Of a DNA stretch of 32,000 bases, positions 20,892 through 31,809 are shown piece after piece. The DNA is from Candidatus Karelsulcia muelleri PSPU (GTDB lineage: Bacteria; Bacteroidota; Bacteroidia; Flavobacteriales; Blattabacteriaceae): contig NZ_AP013293.1 in assembly GCF_000829155.1 (NCBI RefSeq), positions 1-32,000 of the forward strand, given 5' to 3'. A model generated the notes under the pieces. It was given only the letters and a program-made list of their open reading frames with translations. It did not search any database and had not been told where the DNA came from. The stretch's first letter is position 1. The number at the start of each line of letters is the position of its first letter. A program made the translations under genes and the position numbers.

Positions 20892-21432
20892 AAATAAAAT
20901 TTAATTTATTAATATAATTAATTATATTTATTTTATATTTTTTTTTTTTTATAGAGGTTTTAAAAAAACGATTTAAATAATTATATTTTTTATATATTTT
21001 TTTTTTATAAAAAAAAATATTTTTGTTTAAAACAAAATTACTAATTTTATCAATTTTAGTAAATATTATGCAAAAAAAAATTTTTTTTTTATAAAGCCAT
21101 TTGATAAAATTTAAATCCTTTTTTTGAGGAGGTATTCTTATATCTATTAATTGAAATAAACATATTAAATTTTTTGTGTTTCTAATATAAAATTTAATAA
21201 TTTTTAAAAAATTATTTTTCATTAATTTAGACCGTCTATAATATCCATATCCTGGTAAATCTACTATAATACATTTATTATTAATTAAATAATTATTTAT
21301 TGATGTTGTTTTTCCTGGATAAGAAGATGTTTTAGCTAAATTTTTTTTATTTATAATTAAATTTATTAAACTAGATTTTCCCACATTTGAACGTCCTATA
21401 AAAGCATATTCTGGTAAACTATTGTTACACAT
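20875..21432 (-). CDS. ysxC: Ribosome biogenesis GTP-binding protein YsxC/EngB
   Basis: LPEYAFIGRSNVGKSSLINLIINKKNLAKTSSYPGKTTSINNYLIN, IIVDLPGYGY, PPQKKDLNFIKWL, FTKIDK. Starts directly after the fabF stop and lacks the usual ~20-aa N-terminal lead. Confidence 0.92.
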   Translation of the reverse strand: MCNNSLPEYAFIGRSNVGKSSLINLIINKKNLAKTSSYPGKTTSINNYLINNKCIIVDLPGYGYYRRSKLMKNNFLKIIKFYIRNTKNLICLFQLIDIRIPPQKKDLNFIKWLYKKKIFFCIIFTKIDKISNFVLNKNIFFYKKKIYKKYNYLNRFFKTSIKKKKYKINIINYINKLNFIFNKGN

Positions 21433-21434
21433 TT

Positions 21435-22685
21435 TTAATTATTTATTTTTTTATATAATATTGAAATATTATGACCTCCAAATCCAAATGTATTAGATAT
21501 GCTCATTAAAACATTTTTTTTTTGTGCTTTATTTAAAGTTAAATTAATTTTAATATCTATTTTATCATCATAATTTTTATGGTTAATAGTAGGTGGAATT
21601 ATATTATATTTCATACTTAAAATAGATGCTATTGATTCTATCGCACATGACGCTCCAAGTAAATGACCAGTCATAGATTTAGTAGAACTAATATTAATAT
21701 TATATATTTTTTTTCCAAAAACTTTTTTTATAGCTTTTATTTCAGTAATATCTCCTTTTATAGTAGAAGTTCCATGTGTATTAATATAATCTATTTTATT
21801 TTTACTAATATTTGCACTTTTTATAGCTAAATTCATAGCTTGAATTATTCCAAATCCATTTGGATCTGGTGATGTTATATGGTATGCATCTGAAGACATT
21901 CCCACCCCACCTATTTCAGCATATATTTTAGTTCCTCTAGATACGGCATGATTATATTCTTCAAGAATAAGACATCCAGATCCTTCTCCTAAAACAAATC
22001 CATCTCTATCTCTTTCAAATGGCCTAGAAGCAGTTTTATAATTAAAATTATTTGTAGATAAAGCATTTAATGCATTAAAACCACCTATTACAGTTTGTGT
22101 AATAGCTGCTTCTGATCCTCCCGTAATTATAATATCGGCTTTATCTAAACATATTAAATGATACGCATCAATTATTGCATTAGCTGATGAAGCACAAGAA
22201 GAAACTGTTGAATAATTAGGACCCAATATTCCATATTTAATAGATATTAATCCTCCAATAGTATCTATTAAAATTTTAGGTATAAAAAAAGTATTAAAAC
22301 GTGTTTTTTTTTTATTATTTGCATAATTAAATACTTCATTTTCAAAATTTGATATTCCTCCTAGTCCAGATCCCCAAACAACTCCAATTCTATCTTTTTT
22401 TTCTTTTTTTAAAATTAATCCACTATCAAATATAGCTTCTTCACACGCTATTAATCCATATTGAGCACAAGGATCTAATTTTTTTTTTTCTTTTATAGAA
22501 AAAAAATTATCAGGATCAAATTTTTTAATTTGACATGCAAATTTTGTTTTAAAATACTTAGTATTAAAATAACTAATAGGAGTAGATCCACTTATTCCAT
22601 TTATTAATGAATCCCAATATTCTTTAATATTATTACCAATAGGAGTTATTGCCCCAATTCCAGTTATTACAACTTTTTTATTCAT
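21435..22685 (-). CDS. fabF: Beta-ketoacyl-ACP synthase II
   Basis: VVITGIGAITPIGNNIKEYWDSLINGISG, CASSANAIIDAYHLI, TASRPFERDRDGFVLGEGSGCLILEE, NTHGTSTIKGDITEI, SSTKSMTGHLLGA, SNTFGFGGHN. Confidence 0.95.
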   Translation of the reverse strand: MNKKVVITGIGAITPIGNNIKEYWDSLINGISGSTPISYFNTKYFKTKFACQIKKFDPDNFFSIKEKKKLDPCAQYGLIACEEAIFDSGLILKKEKKDRIGVVWGSGLGGISNFENEVFNYANNKKKTRFNTFFIPKILIDTIGGLISIKYGILGPNYSTVSSCASSANAIIDAYHLICLDKADIIITGGSEAAITQTVIGGFNALNALSTNNFNYKTASRPFERDRDGFVLGEGSGCLILEEYNHAVSRGTKIYAEIGGVGMSSDAYHITSPDPNGFGIIQAMNLAIKSANISKNKIDYINTHGTSTIKGDITEIKAIKKVFGKKIYNINISSTKSMTGHLLGASCAIESIASILSMKYNIIPPTINHKNYDDKIDIKINLTLNKAQKKNVLMSISNTFGFGGHNISILYKKINN

Positions 22686-22686
22686 A

Positions 22687-22941
22687 TTAATTATCTTCTT
22701 TTTTAGAAGAAATATATTTTTTTATATATTTATTTGCATCATCTACAGTAATAATTTTTTCAGCTATATCATCAGATATAATTATATCAAATTTTTTTTC
22801 AAATTCCATAATTAGTTCTACTTCATCTAATGAATCAGCCCCCAAATCATTTAGAAAACTAGCTTCAGGAATAACTTTTTTTTCATCTACCCCTAATTTT
22901 TCTATTATAATAAATTTTATTTTTGAAAAAATATCATCCAT
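22687..22941 (-). CDS. acpP: Acyl carrier protein
   Basis: 84 aa; phosphopantetheine attachment motif [30 protein letters not shown]. Confidence 0.95.
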   Translation of the reverse strand: MDDIFSKIKFIIIEKLGVDEKKVIPEASFLNDLGADSLDEVELIMEFEKKFDIIISDDIAEKIITVDDANKYIKKYISSKKEDN

Positions 22942-22951
22942 AAATGTATAA

Positions 22952-23242
22952 TTATATTAATATAGTTAATCTATTATTATTTATGTTTAAATAACCATAA
23001 TTTATTTTAATTTTTATAATTGTTGTATTATCAATATATGATATATTTACATCATTATTATGATATAATTTTTTATCAATAAAAAAACTACTATAAATTT
23101 TTAGTATACCATATGATATCATTGATATCATTGAACAATGATTATTTAATATTTCAAATTTACCTTCTTCATAAGGTAAAAATACGGCGTATCCTTCTAT
23201 ATCAAAAAGTGTTGTTTCTTTTTTTAAAATTAATATTTTCAT
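22952..23242 (-). CDS. atpC: ATP synthase epsilon subunit, N-terminal beta domain only
   Basis: [49 protein letters not shown], directly downstream of atpD. The track extension to 23284 relies on a TTG start inside atpD; 23242 (ATG) is preferred. Confidence 0.82.
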   Translation of the reverse strand: MKILILKKETTLFDIEGYAVFLPYEEGKFEILNNHCSMISMISYGILKIYSSFFIDKKLYHNNDVNISYIDNTTIIKIKINYGYLNINNNRLTILI

Positions 23243-23258
23243 GTATAATAAATAAACA

Positions 23259-24752
<1,494 letters not shown>

Positions 24753-24808
24753 TTAAGTATAAATAAATAACGTTTTACTAAATTTAATATAATTAAAATT
24801 ATATAAAT

Positions 24809-25567
24809 ATGTTTTTAAAAAAAAAATTAGGTCAATTTTTTTTACATGATAAAAATATTGCTAAAAAAATAGTAAATAGTATTTCTTTTAAAGAATCAAA
24901 AAATATTGTAGAAATTGGCCCAGGAATGGGTATATTAACACAATATTTATTATTAAATAATAAAAATTTATTTCTTATAGAAATAGATAAAAAATATGTT
25001 TCATATCTTAAAATGAAATATCCTATTATAAAAAATAATATTTTTCATAAAAATTTTTTAAATTGGAAACCAAAGGATTTTTTTTTATATTCTTTTACAT
25101 TAATTGGAAATTTTCCATATAATATATCATCACAAATATTGTTTTTTATAATTAAATATCGTGAATATATACCAGAATGTATAGGAATGTTTCAAAAAGA
25201 AGTTGCTGATCGTATTACCTCTAAACATATGAATAAAAACTATGGTAAATTATCTGTAATAATGCAAACATTCTATAAAATAGAATACTTATTTACAGTT
25301 AATAATACGGTATTTATACCTAAACCTAAGGTAAAATCGGCTGTTGTAAGAATGTTAAAAAAAACAAACAATATTAATATTAAAATTTTTTTTAAAATAG
25401 TTAAAACTGCTTTTCTTTATAGAAGAAAAAAATTATATAATTCATTAAAAATATTATCGTTATCTCCTGATTTTTATAAAAATCCTATTTTGAAAAAAAG
25501 AGTTGAACAATTATCTGTAAATGATTTTATTTTACTTACAAAGTATGCTAGCAATTTTTTAAAATAA
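24809..25567 (+). CDS. rsmA: 16S rRNA (adenine1518-N6/adenine1519-N6)-dimethyltransferase
   Basis: KKKLGQFFLHDKNIAKKIV, NIVEIGPGMGILTQYLL, FTLIGNFPYNISSQILF, FQKEVADRITSK, YGKLSVIMQTFYKIEYLFTVNNTVFIPKPKVKSAVVRM. Confidence 0.95.
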   Translation: MFLKKKLGQFFLHDKNIAKKIVNSISFKESKNIVEIGPGMGILTQYLLLNNKNLFLIEIDKKYVSYLKMKYPIIKNNIFHKNFLNWKPKDFFLYSFTLIGNFPYNISSQILFFIIKYREYIPECIGMFQKEVADRITSKHMNKNYGKLSVIMQTFYKIEYLFTVNNTVFIPKPKVKSAVVRMLKKTNNINIKIFFKIVKTAFLYRRKKLYNSLKILSLSPDFYKNPILKKRVEQLSVNDFILLTKYASNFLK

Positions 25568-25588
25568 AAAAAAGCTTTTTTTTATTTT
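25561..25588. repeat. 28-bp perfect A/T palindrome over the rsmA stop codon
   Basis: aaaataaaaaaaagcttttttttatttt (14-bp arms). Confidence 0.8.
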
Positions 25589-25616
25589 TAAAAAAATGTA
25601 TATTTATATAATAAAT

Positions 25617-25689
25617 CGCGGGGTGGAGCAGTTGGTAGCTCGTCGGGCTCATAACCCGAAGGCCACAGGTTCGAGTCCTGTCTCCGCTA
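25617..25689 (+). tRNA. Initiator tRNA-fMet (CAT)
   Basis: cgcggggtggagcagttggtagctcgtcgggctcataacccgaaggccacaggttcgagtcctgtctccgcta: cloverleaf foldable, anticodon CAT, three G:C pairs in the anticodon stem (ggg/ccc), mismatched position 1:72 (C:T), T-loop ttcgagt. No encoded CCA. Confidence 0.95.
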
Positions 25690-25922
25690 CTTTATAATCT
25701 GTTAATACTTCATTAGGTAATAATTTTTTTTTTATATTCCCGTAGGGGGGGTAACAATATTTTTAGGTTTTATATTAAAACTAGCTATAGGCAGACTACA
25801 TTTCATTCTAGAACAATTAGATATATTCTTGCGAATTAAAATTTAATAAAGTCTGATAATATTTAAATTATTAATAAATAATATTTAAATGTTAAAAAAA
25901 CTATTTATACACGTGTCTGGTT

Positions 25923-28900
25923 ATGTTTAAAGAATATAAAAATCTAGAAATAGATAAGATAACAAATGAAATAAGATGTTTTTGGGAAAAAAATAAAATT
26001 TTTGAAAAAAGTATTATTTATAGAAATAATAAAAAATTATATGTCTTCTATGAAGGTCCTCCTTCTGCTAACGGCTCCCCTGGAATACATCATATTCTAT
26101 CTAGAACAATAAAAGATATATTTTGTAGATATAATACTTTAAAAGGGCAAAAAGTAACTCGTAAAGCAGGTTGGGATACACATGGATTACCAGTGGAATT
26201 AGTTGTAGAAACAAAATTAGGTATTACTAAAAAGGATATAGGTAAAAAAATAAGTATATATACATTTAATAAAAAATGTAAGGAAGCTGTAATGCGTTAT
26301 TCTAACGAATGGAATAAATTAAGTAAACATCTTGGTTATTGGATTTATTTAGATAAACCATACTTTACATTTAAAACTAAATATATAGAAACTATTTGGT
26401 GGTTATTAAAAAATATTTATAAAAAAAAAATTTTATATAAAGGATATAAAATACAACCTTATTCTCCTGCTGCAGGTACAGGATTAAGTTCACATGAACT
26501 AAATATTCCAGGGGCTTATAAAAAAAAATCAGATTTAACAATAATAGTTCAATTTAAATCAAAAAAAAATACACTTCCCAAAAAATTAAAAAAAATAAAT
26601 GGAGATATATATTTATTATCATGGACAACAACCCCATGGACTTTACCTTCTAATACTGCATTAACAGTAGGAATAAATATAGATTATGTAGTAATATCTA
26701 CATATAATCCTTACTCTTTTTCAAAAATAAATATAATTTTAGCTAAAAAATTAATTAAAAAAGTTTTATACAAAAATTTTTTCCCTGTAAGTAATGAAAA
26801 AGAATTAAAAGAAATAAAACAAAATAAAATTCCATATTTAGTTTTAAATGTATTTAAAGGAGAAACACTTATTGGAAGTTGTTATGAACAATTAATTGAT
26901 TGGTTTTTACCATATAAAAATAAAGAAAAAGCATTTAAAATTATATCCGGTAATATTGTAAATAAAAAAATTGGAACTGGAATAGTTCATATTTCCCCTA
27001 CATTTGGAGAAGAAGATTTTTTTTTATCTAAAAAAAATGGTATTCCTCCAATGTTAATTTTAGATAAAAATAAAATTCCTATACCATTAGTAGATATGGA
27101 AGGAAAATTTATAAAAGAAACCCCTTATGGATTTAGTGGAAAATTTGTAAAAAATGAATATTATAGTTATGATAAACGTCCTGATAAATCAGTTGATTTG
27201 GAAATAGCTTTATTTTTAAAAAAACTAAATAAAGTATTTAAAATCGAAAAATATATTCATTCTTATCCTCATTGTTGGCGTACACAAAAACCGATATTAT
27301 ATTATCCTTTGGATTCTTGGTTTATTAAAACAACTTCTTTAAAAAAAGAAATGTTATATTTAAACCAATTTATAAATTGGAAACCCAAATCAACAGGTAA
27401 AAAAAAATTTGGATATTGGTTAGAAAATATAACTGATTGGAATTTATCGCGTTCTAGATTTTGGGGAATACCTTTACCTATCTGGCGTACAAAAAAAGGA
27501 GATGAAGAAATAGTTATAGGATCTATAGAAGAATTAATAAATGAAATAGAGAAATCTGTTAAAGAAGGTTTTATGAGTTACAATCCTTTTAAAAATTTTA
27601 TTATAGGAAATATGTCAGAAAAAAATTATAATAGTATAGATTTGCATAAACATAATTTAGATAATATAATATTATTATCTAAATATAAAAAACCTATGAT
27701 TAGAGAATCTGATATTATCGATGTTTGGTTTGATTCAGGTGCTATGCCATATGCACAATTACATTATCCTTTTGAAAATCAATTTTTAATTGATAAAAAA
27801 AAATTTTTTCCTGCTGATTTTATTTGTGAAGGTGTTGATCAAACAAGAGGATGGTTTTTTACATTACATACAATATCTTGTATATTATTTAATTCAATTT
27901 CATTTAAAAATGTTATATCTAATGGATTAGTTTTAGATAAAACAGGTAAAAAAATGTCTAAAAGTAGAGGAAATACTATAAATCCTTTTGAAATTATAAA
28001 AAAATATGGTCCTGATACTATTAGATGGTATTTTATATCAAATTCTTCCCCATGGGGGAATATTAAATTTAATATAGAAAAAATAGAAAACATAAAAAAA
28101 AAATTGTTTGGAACATTATATAATGTTTATTCTTTTTTTGCAATCTATGCTAATATAGATAATTTTAAATATAAAGAAAAAGAAATAAAATTAAAAAATA
28201 GGCCAACTATTGATAAATGGATATTATCAGAATTGAATACACTTATAAAAAAAACATATAATAATTATAATAATTATGAACCTACAAAAGTAGCACGTAA
28301 AATTGAAGTCTTTGTAATAGATAATTTAAGTAATTGGTATATTCGTTTATCTAGAAGAAGATTTTGGAAAGGAAATTATACAAATAATAAAATTTCTGCA
28401 TATCAAACTTTGTATACTTGTTTATTAACAATATATAAAATATCATCTCCTATCGCTCCATTTTTTATGGATAATTTTTATAAAAATTTAAAAAATACTT
28501 TAGAGCCTTTTGAAAGTGTACATTTATCATATTATCCTAAATATAATATTTCTACTATAGATAAAAATTTAGAATTAAAAATGAGTATAGCTAAAGATAT
28601 AACATCAATGATTTTTTCATTAAGAAAAAAAGAAAAAATAAAAGTTAGACAACCTTTAAAAAGAGCCTTGATATTAATCAATAATTTTCCCCCAAAAAAA
28701 AATTTTATTATAAATATAATAAAAAAAGAAGTTAATATAAAACATATTAAATTTTTATCAAATAAAAAAATGTATAATTTTACAAAAAAAACAATTAAAA
28801 TAAATTATAAATTACTTGGACCTAAATTTGGTAAAAATATAAATTTAATTAATTCATTAATAAGTAAATTAAATAAAAAAGAAATAAAAAATATAGAAAA

Positions 28901-29309
28901 TGTTTATTTTTTTATAATAAAAATACATGATCATAAAATATGTCTTTCTAAAAAAGATGTATATATATTAACAGAATATATGCAAGGTTGGAGCGCTATT
29001 TGTTATAATGGAATTACTGTAGCATTAGATACTAATATATCAGAAGATCTGAAAAAAGAAGGATTATCTAGAGAATTAATAAATAAAATTCAAAATATAA
29101 GAAAATATTATAAATATAAAATTACAGATAAAATTTTATTATATATAGAAACTTCTAAGTTTTTAGAAAAAATAATAAAAAATAATAAAAAACATATTTG
29201 TGAAGAAACACTTACTTCAGAATTAATTTTAATTAAAAATTTAAAATATGGAATATTTTTATATATTGAAAATAAGAAATTTAAAATTTTCTTAAAAAGA
29301 AACCTCTAA
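25923..29309 (+). CDS. ileS: Isoleucine--tRNA ligase
   Basis: YEGPPSANGSPGIHHILSRTIKDIFCRYNT, AGWDTHGLPVELVVET, TTPWTLPSNTALTVG, GTGIVHISPTFGEEDF, LDSWFIKTTSL, DQTRGWFFTLHTISCILF, GKKMSKSRGNTINP. Confidence 0.97.
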   Translation: MFKEYKNLEIDKITNEIRCFWEKNKIFEKSIIYRNNKKLYVFYEGPPSANGSPGIHHILSRTIKDIFCRYNTLKGQKVTRKAGWDTHGLPVELVVETKLGITKKDIGKKISIYTFNKKCKEAVMRYSNEWNKLSKHLGYWIYLDKPYFTFKTKYIETIWWLLKNIYKKKILYKGYKIQPYSPAAGTGLSSHELNIPGAYKKKSDLTIIVQFKSKKNTLPKKLKKINGDIYLLSWTTTPWTLPSNTALTVGINIDYVVISTYNPYSFSKINIILAKKLIKKVLYKNFFPVSNEKELKEIKQNKIPYLVLNVFKGETLIGSCYEQLIDWFLPYKNKEKAFKIISGNIVNKKIGTGIVHISPTFGEEDFFLSKKNGIPPMLILDKNKIPIPLVDMEGKFIKETPYGFSGKFVKNEYYSYDKRPDKSVDLEIALFLKKLNKVFKIEKYIHSYPHCWRTQKPILYYPLDSWFIKTTSLKKEMLYLNQFINWKPKSTGKKKFGYWLENITDWNLSRSRFWGIPLPIWRTKKGDEEIVIGSIEELINEIEKSVKEGFMSYNPFKNFIIGNMSEKNYNSIDLHKHNLDNIILLSKYKKPMIRESDIIDVWFDSGAMPYAQLHYPFENQFLIDKKKFFPADFICEGVDQTRGWFFTLHTISCILFNSISFKNVISNGLVLDKTGKKMSKSRGNTINPFEIIKKYGPDTIRWYFISNSSPWGNIKFNIEKIENIKKKLFGTLYNVYSFFAIYANIDNFKYKEKEIKLKNRPTIDKWILSELNTLIKKTYNNYNNYEPTKVARKIEVFVIDNLSNWYIRLSRRRFWKGNYTNNKISAYQTLYTCLLTIYKISSPIAPFFMDNFYKNLKNTLEPFESVHLSYYPKYNISTIDKNLELKMSIAKDITSMIFSLRKKEKIKVRQPLKRALILINNFPPKKNFIINIIKKEVNIKHIKFLSNKKMYNFTKKTIKINYKLLGPKFGKNINLINSLISKLNKKEIKNIENVYFFIIKIHDHKICLSKKDVYILTEYMQGWSAICYNGITVALDTNISEDLKKEGLSRELINKIQNIRKYYKYKITDKILLYIETSKFLEKIIKNNKKHICEETLTSELILIKNLKYGIFLYIENKKFKIFLKRNL

Positions 29310-29312
29310 ATA

Positions 29313-29942
29313 TTGATTAAATATTATTTAATTACATTAAATTTAATAATTTTAGATCAATTTTTAAAAATTTATGTTAAAACACATTTTAAATTAGGAC
29401 AGAGTATAAAAATATTTAAATGGTTTAAATTTTTTTTTATAGAAAATCCTGGTATAGCATATGGTTTTAATTTGAGATTTGGATATCTAGAAAAAATAAT
29501 TATTAGTATAATTAAAACAATAATAATTGTTATTTTTTTTTATTTTTTTTTAAAAAAAAATAATAAAACATCTTTTTTTTTTAAAATATCAATATGTTTA
29601 TTATTTGCTGGTTCTATTAGTAATTTATTAGATTGTTTTTTTTATGGTATTTTTTTTAATAAAGGAGTCTTCTTTAAGAATAATACTTGGACAGGTTATG
29701 AAGGAATTTCTAAATTTTTTTTAAAAAAAGGATATTCTTTTTTTATGTGTGGTTGTGTTGTAGATATGTTATATTTTCCATTTTTTAAATTAATAATTAA
29801 TAAAAATTATGAATTAATAATTTTTAATATTATATTTAACATAGCTGATATTTGTCTAAGTCTAGGAGTCATAATATTTTTTTTATGCTCCCCAGGCTGG
29901 ATTCGAACCAGCGACACCCTGATTAACAGTCAGGTGCTCTAA
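29313..29942 (+). CDS. lspA: Lipoprotein signal peptidase
   Basis: ILDQFLKIYVKTHF, FFFIENPGIAYGFNL, ICLLFAGSISNLLDCFFYGIFF, CGCVVDMLYFPFF, FNIIFNIADICLSLGVIIFFL. The last ~18 codons are antisense to tRNA-Asn. Confidence 0.92.
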   Translation: MIKYYLITLNLIILDQFLKIYVKTHFKLGQSIKIFKWFKFFFIENPGIAYGFNLRFGYLEKIIISIIKTIIIVIFFYFFLKKNNKTSFFFKISICLLFAGSISNLLDCFFYGIFFNKGVFFKNNTWTGYEGISKFFLKKGYSFFMCGCVVDMLYFPFFKLIINKNYELIIFNIIFNIADICLSLGVIIFFLCSPGWIRTSDTLINSQVL

Positions 29943-29962
29943 CCAAACTGAGCTACTGAGGA
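29888..29962 (-). tRNA. tRNA-Asn (GTT)
   Basis: Minus strand tcctcagtagctcagtttggttagagcacctgactgttaatcagggtgtcgctggttcgaatccagcctggggag: 7-bp acceptor tcctcag/ctgggga, anticodon loop ctgttaa, T-loop ttcgaat. No encoded CCA. Confidence 0.95.
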
Positions 29963-30019
29963 ATTATATAAATATATAATTTATTTTTTATTTTTAAAAA
30001 TATATTTTAAAAATATATT

Positions 30020-31809
30020 TTAAAATTTTAAAATTGAAATAAAAGCAGATTGAGGTATATCTACCCAACCAATTGTTCTCATTTTTTTTTTACCCTTTTT
30101 TTGTTTTTCTAATAATTTACGTTTTCTAGTAACATCTCCTCCATAACATTTAGAAATAACATTTTTACGAAGTGATCTAATGGTTTCTCTAGAAATAATT
30201 TTTTTACCTATAGCTGCTTGAATAGGTATTTCAAATTGTTGTTTTGGAATTATTTTACTAAGGTTGTTACATATTTTTTTTCCTATTGAAAAAGAATTTT
30301 TTATATGTACTAATGTTGATAAAGCATCTACAATTTTTCCATTTATTAAAATATCAATTTTAACCATATCTGATTTTCTATACTCTAAATGAGTATAATC
30401 AAAAGAAGCATAACCCTTAGATAGGGTTTTTAATTTATCATAAAAATCAAAAATAATCTCAGAAAGAGGTAATTCAAAAATAAGTTCCACTCTATTATTA
30501 GTGATATATGATTGATTTTTTATTACTCCTCTTTTTTCAATACATAATTGCATTATTCCCCCTATGTATTTAGCAATAGTTATTATATAAGCTTTTATAT
30601 AAGGTTCTTCAATTTTTTCTAATTGATTTTTATCAGGTAAATCATAAGGATTATTAATTAATAATGGATTTTTTGAACTCTTTTTTAAATAAGCATTATA
30701 ATGTACATTTGGAAGAGTAGTAATAACATCTATATTATATTCACGTTCAAGTCTTTCTTTCATTATTTCCATATGTAGCATACCTAAAAAACCACATCTA
30801 AAACCAGTTCCTAGCGCATAGGATGTTTCTGGTGTAAATGATAAAGAAGAATCATTTAAATGTAATTTTGCTATAGCAATTCTTAATTCTTTATATTTTT
30901 CATTTTCTCTAGGATATATTCCTGCAAATAACATTGGTTTTACTTCTTTAAATCCTCCTATAGGTTTTTTTGCTGGATTTTTAACTTCTGTTAATGTATC
31001 TCCTACTTTTACTTCAGAAGGATTTTTTATTCCAGCAATTAAATAACCTACATTACCTGCATTAAGCATTTTTTTTTTTATATTTTTTAATTTAAATATT
31101 CCAATTTCCTCAACATTATAAACATTATTTGTTGACATAAACTTTATTTTTTGACCTGTTTTTAGAGTACCATTTTTAATACGAAAATATGTTTGTACAC
31201 CTCTAAATGTATTATATATAGAATCAAATATAATAGCTTGTAAAGGAAGTTTAATATCTCCCTTAGGAGCTGGAATTCTACTAATAATAGAATTTAATAT
31301 ATTTTTTATACCTATTCCTTTTTTAGCACTTGTACAAATTATATCATCTTGATTACATCCTAATAATTCTATTATATCATTTTTTACTAACTCAATATTA
31401 GAATTAGGTAAATCTATTTTATTTATAATAGGAATTATAGTAAGGTCTTTTGATAAAGCAAGATATAAATTAGAAATTGTTTGGGATTGTATGCTTTGAG
31501 TTGCATCTATTATAAGTAAAGCACCTTCACAAGCTGATATAGACTAGATACTTCATAAGAAAAATCAACATGACCTGGTGTATCAATTAAATTTAGTATA
31601 TATTTTTTTTCATTATATTCATACTCCATTTGAATTGGATGACTTTTTATTGTAATTCCTCTTTCTCTTTCTAGATCCATACTATCAAGTAATTGATTTT
31701 TTTTTTCTTTTATTGATATAGTATTAGTAAATTCTAATAAACGATCAGCTAATGTGCTTTTACCATGATCTATATGAGCAATAATACAAAAATTTCTTAT
31801 ATAATTCAT
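30020..31809 (-). CDS. lepA: Elongation factor 4 (LepA), split into two frames by an apparent single-base deletion near 31544
   Basis: N-terminal frame: [29 protein letters not shown]...[17 protein letters not shown]...[17 protein letters not shown]. The other frame resumes [49 protein letters not shown]...[36 protein letters not shown]...[13 protein letters not shown]...[23 protein letters not shown], open to the stop at 30020. Confidence 0.9.

Noticed and set aside
25690-25922. Assignment of the tRNA-fMet/ileS spacer as tmRNA or SRP RNA
   Set aside because: No T-arm, no tag reading frame resembling GENNYALAA, and no conserved SRP GGAAGGAAGCAG-like tetraloop region. Kept only as an unidentified candidate.
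27839-28093. 84-aa minus-strand ORF (track)
   Set aside because: Antisense to the ileS KMSKS region.
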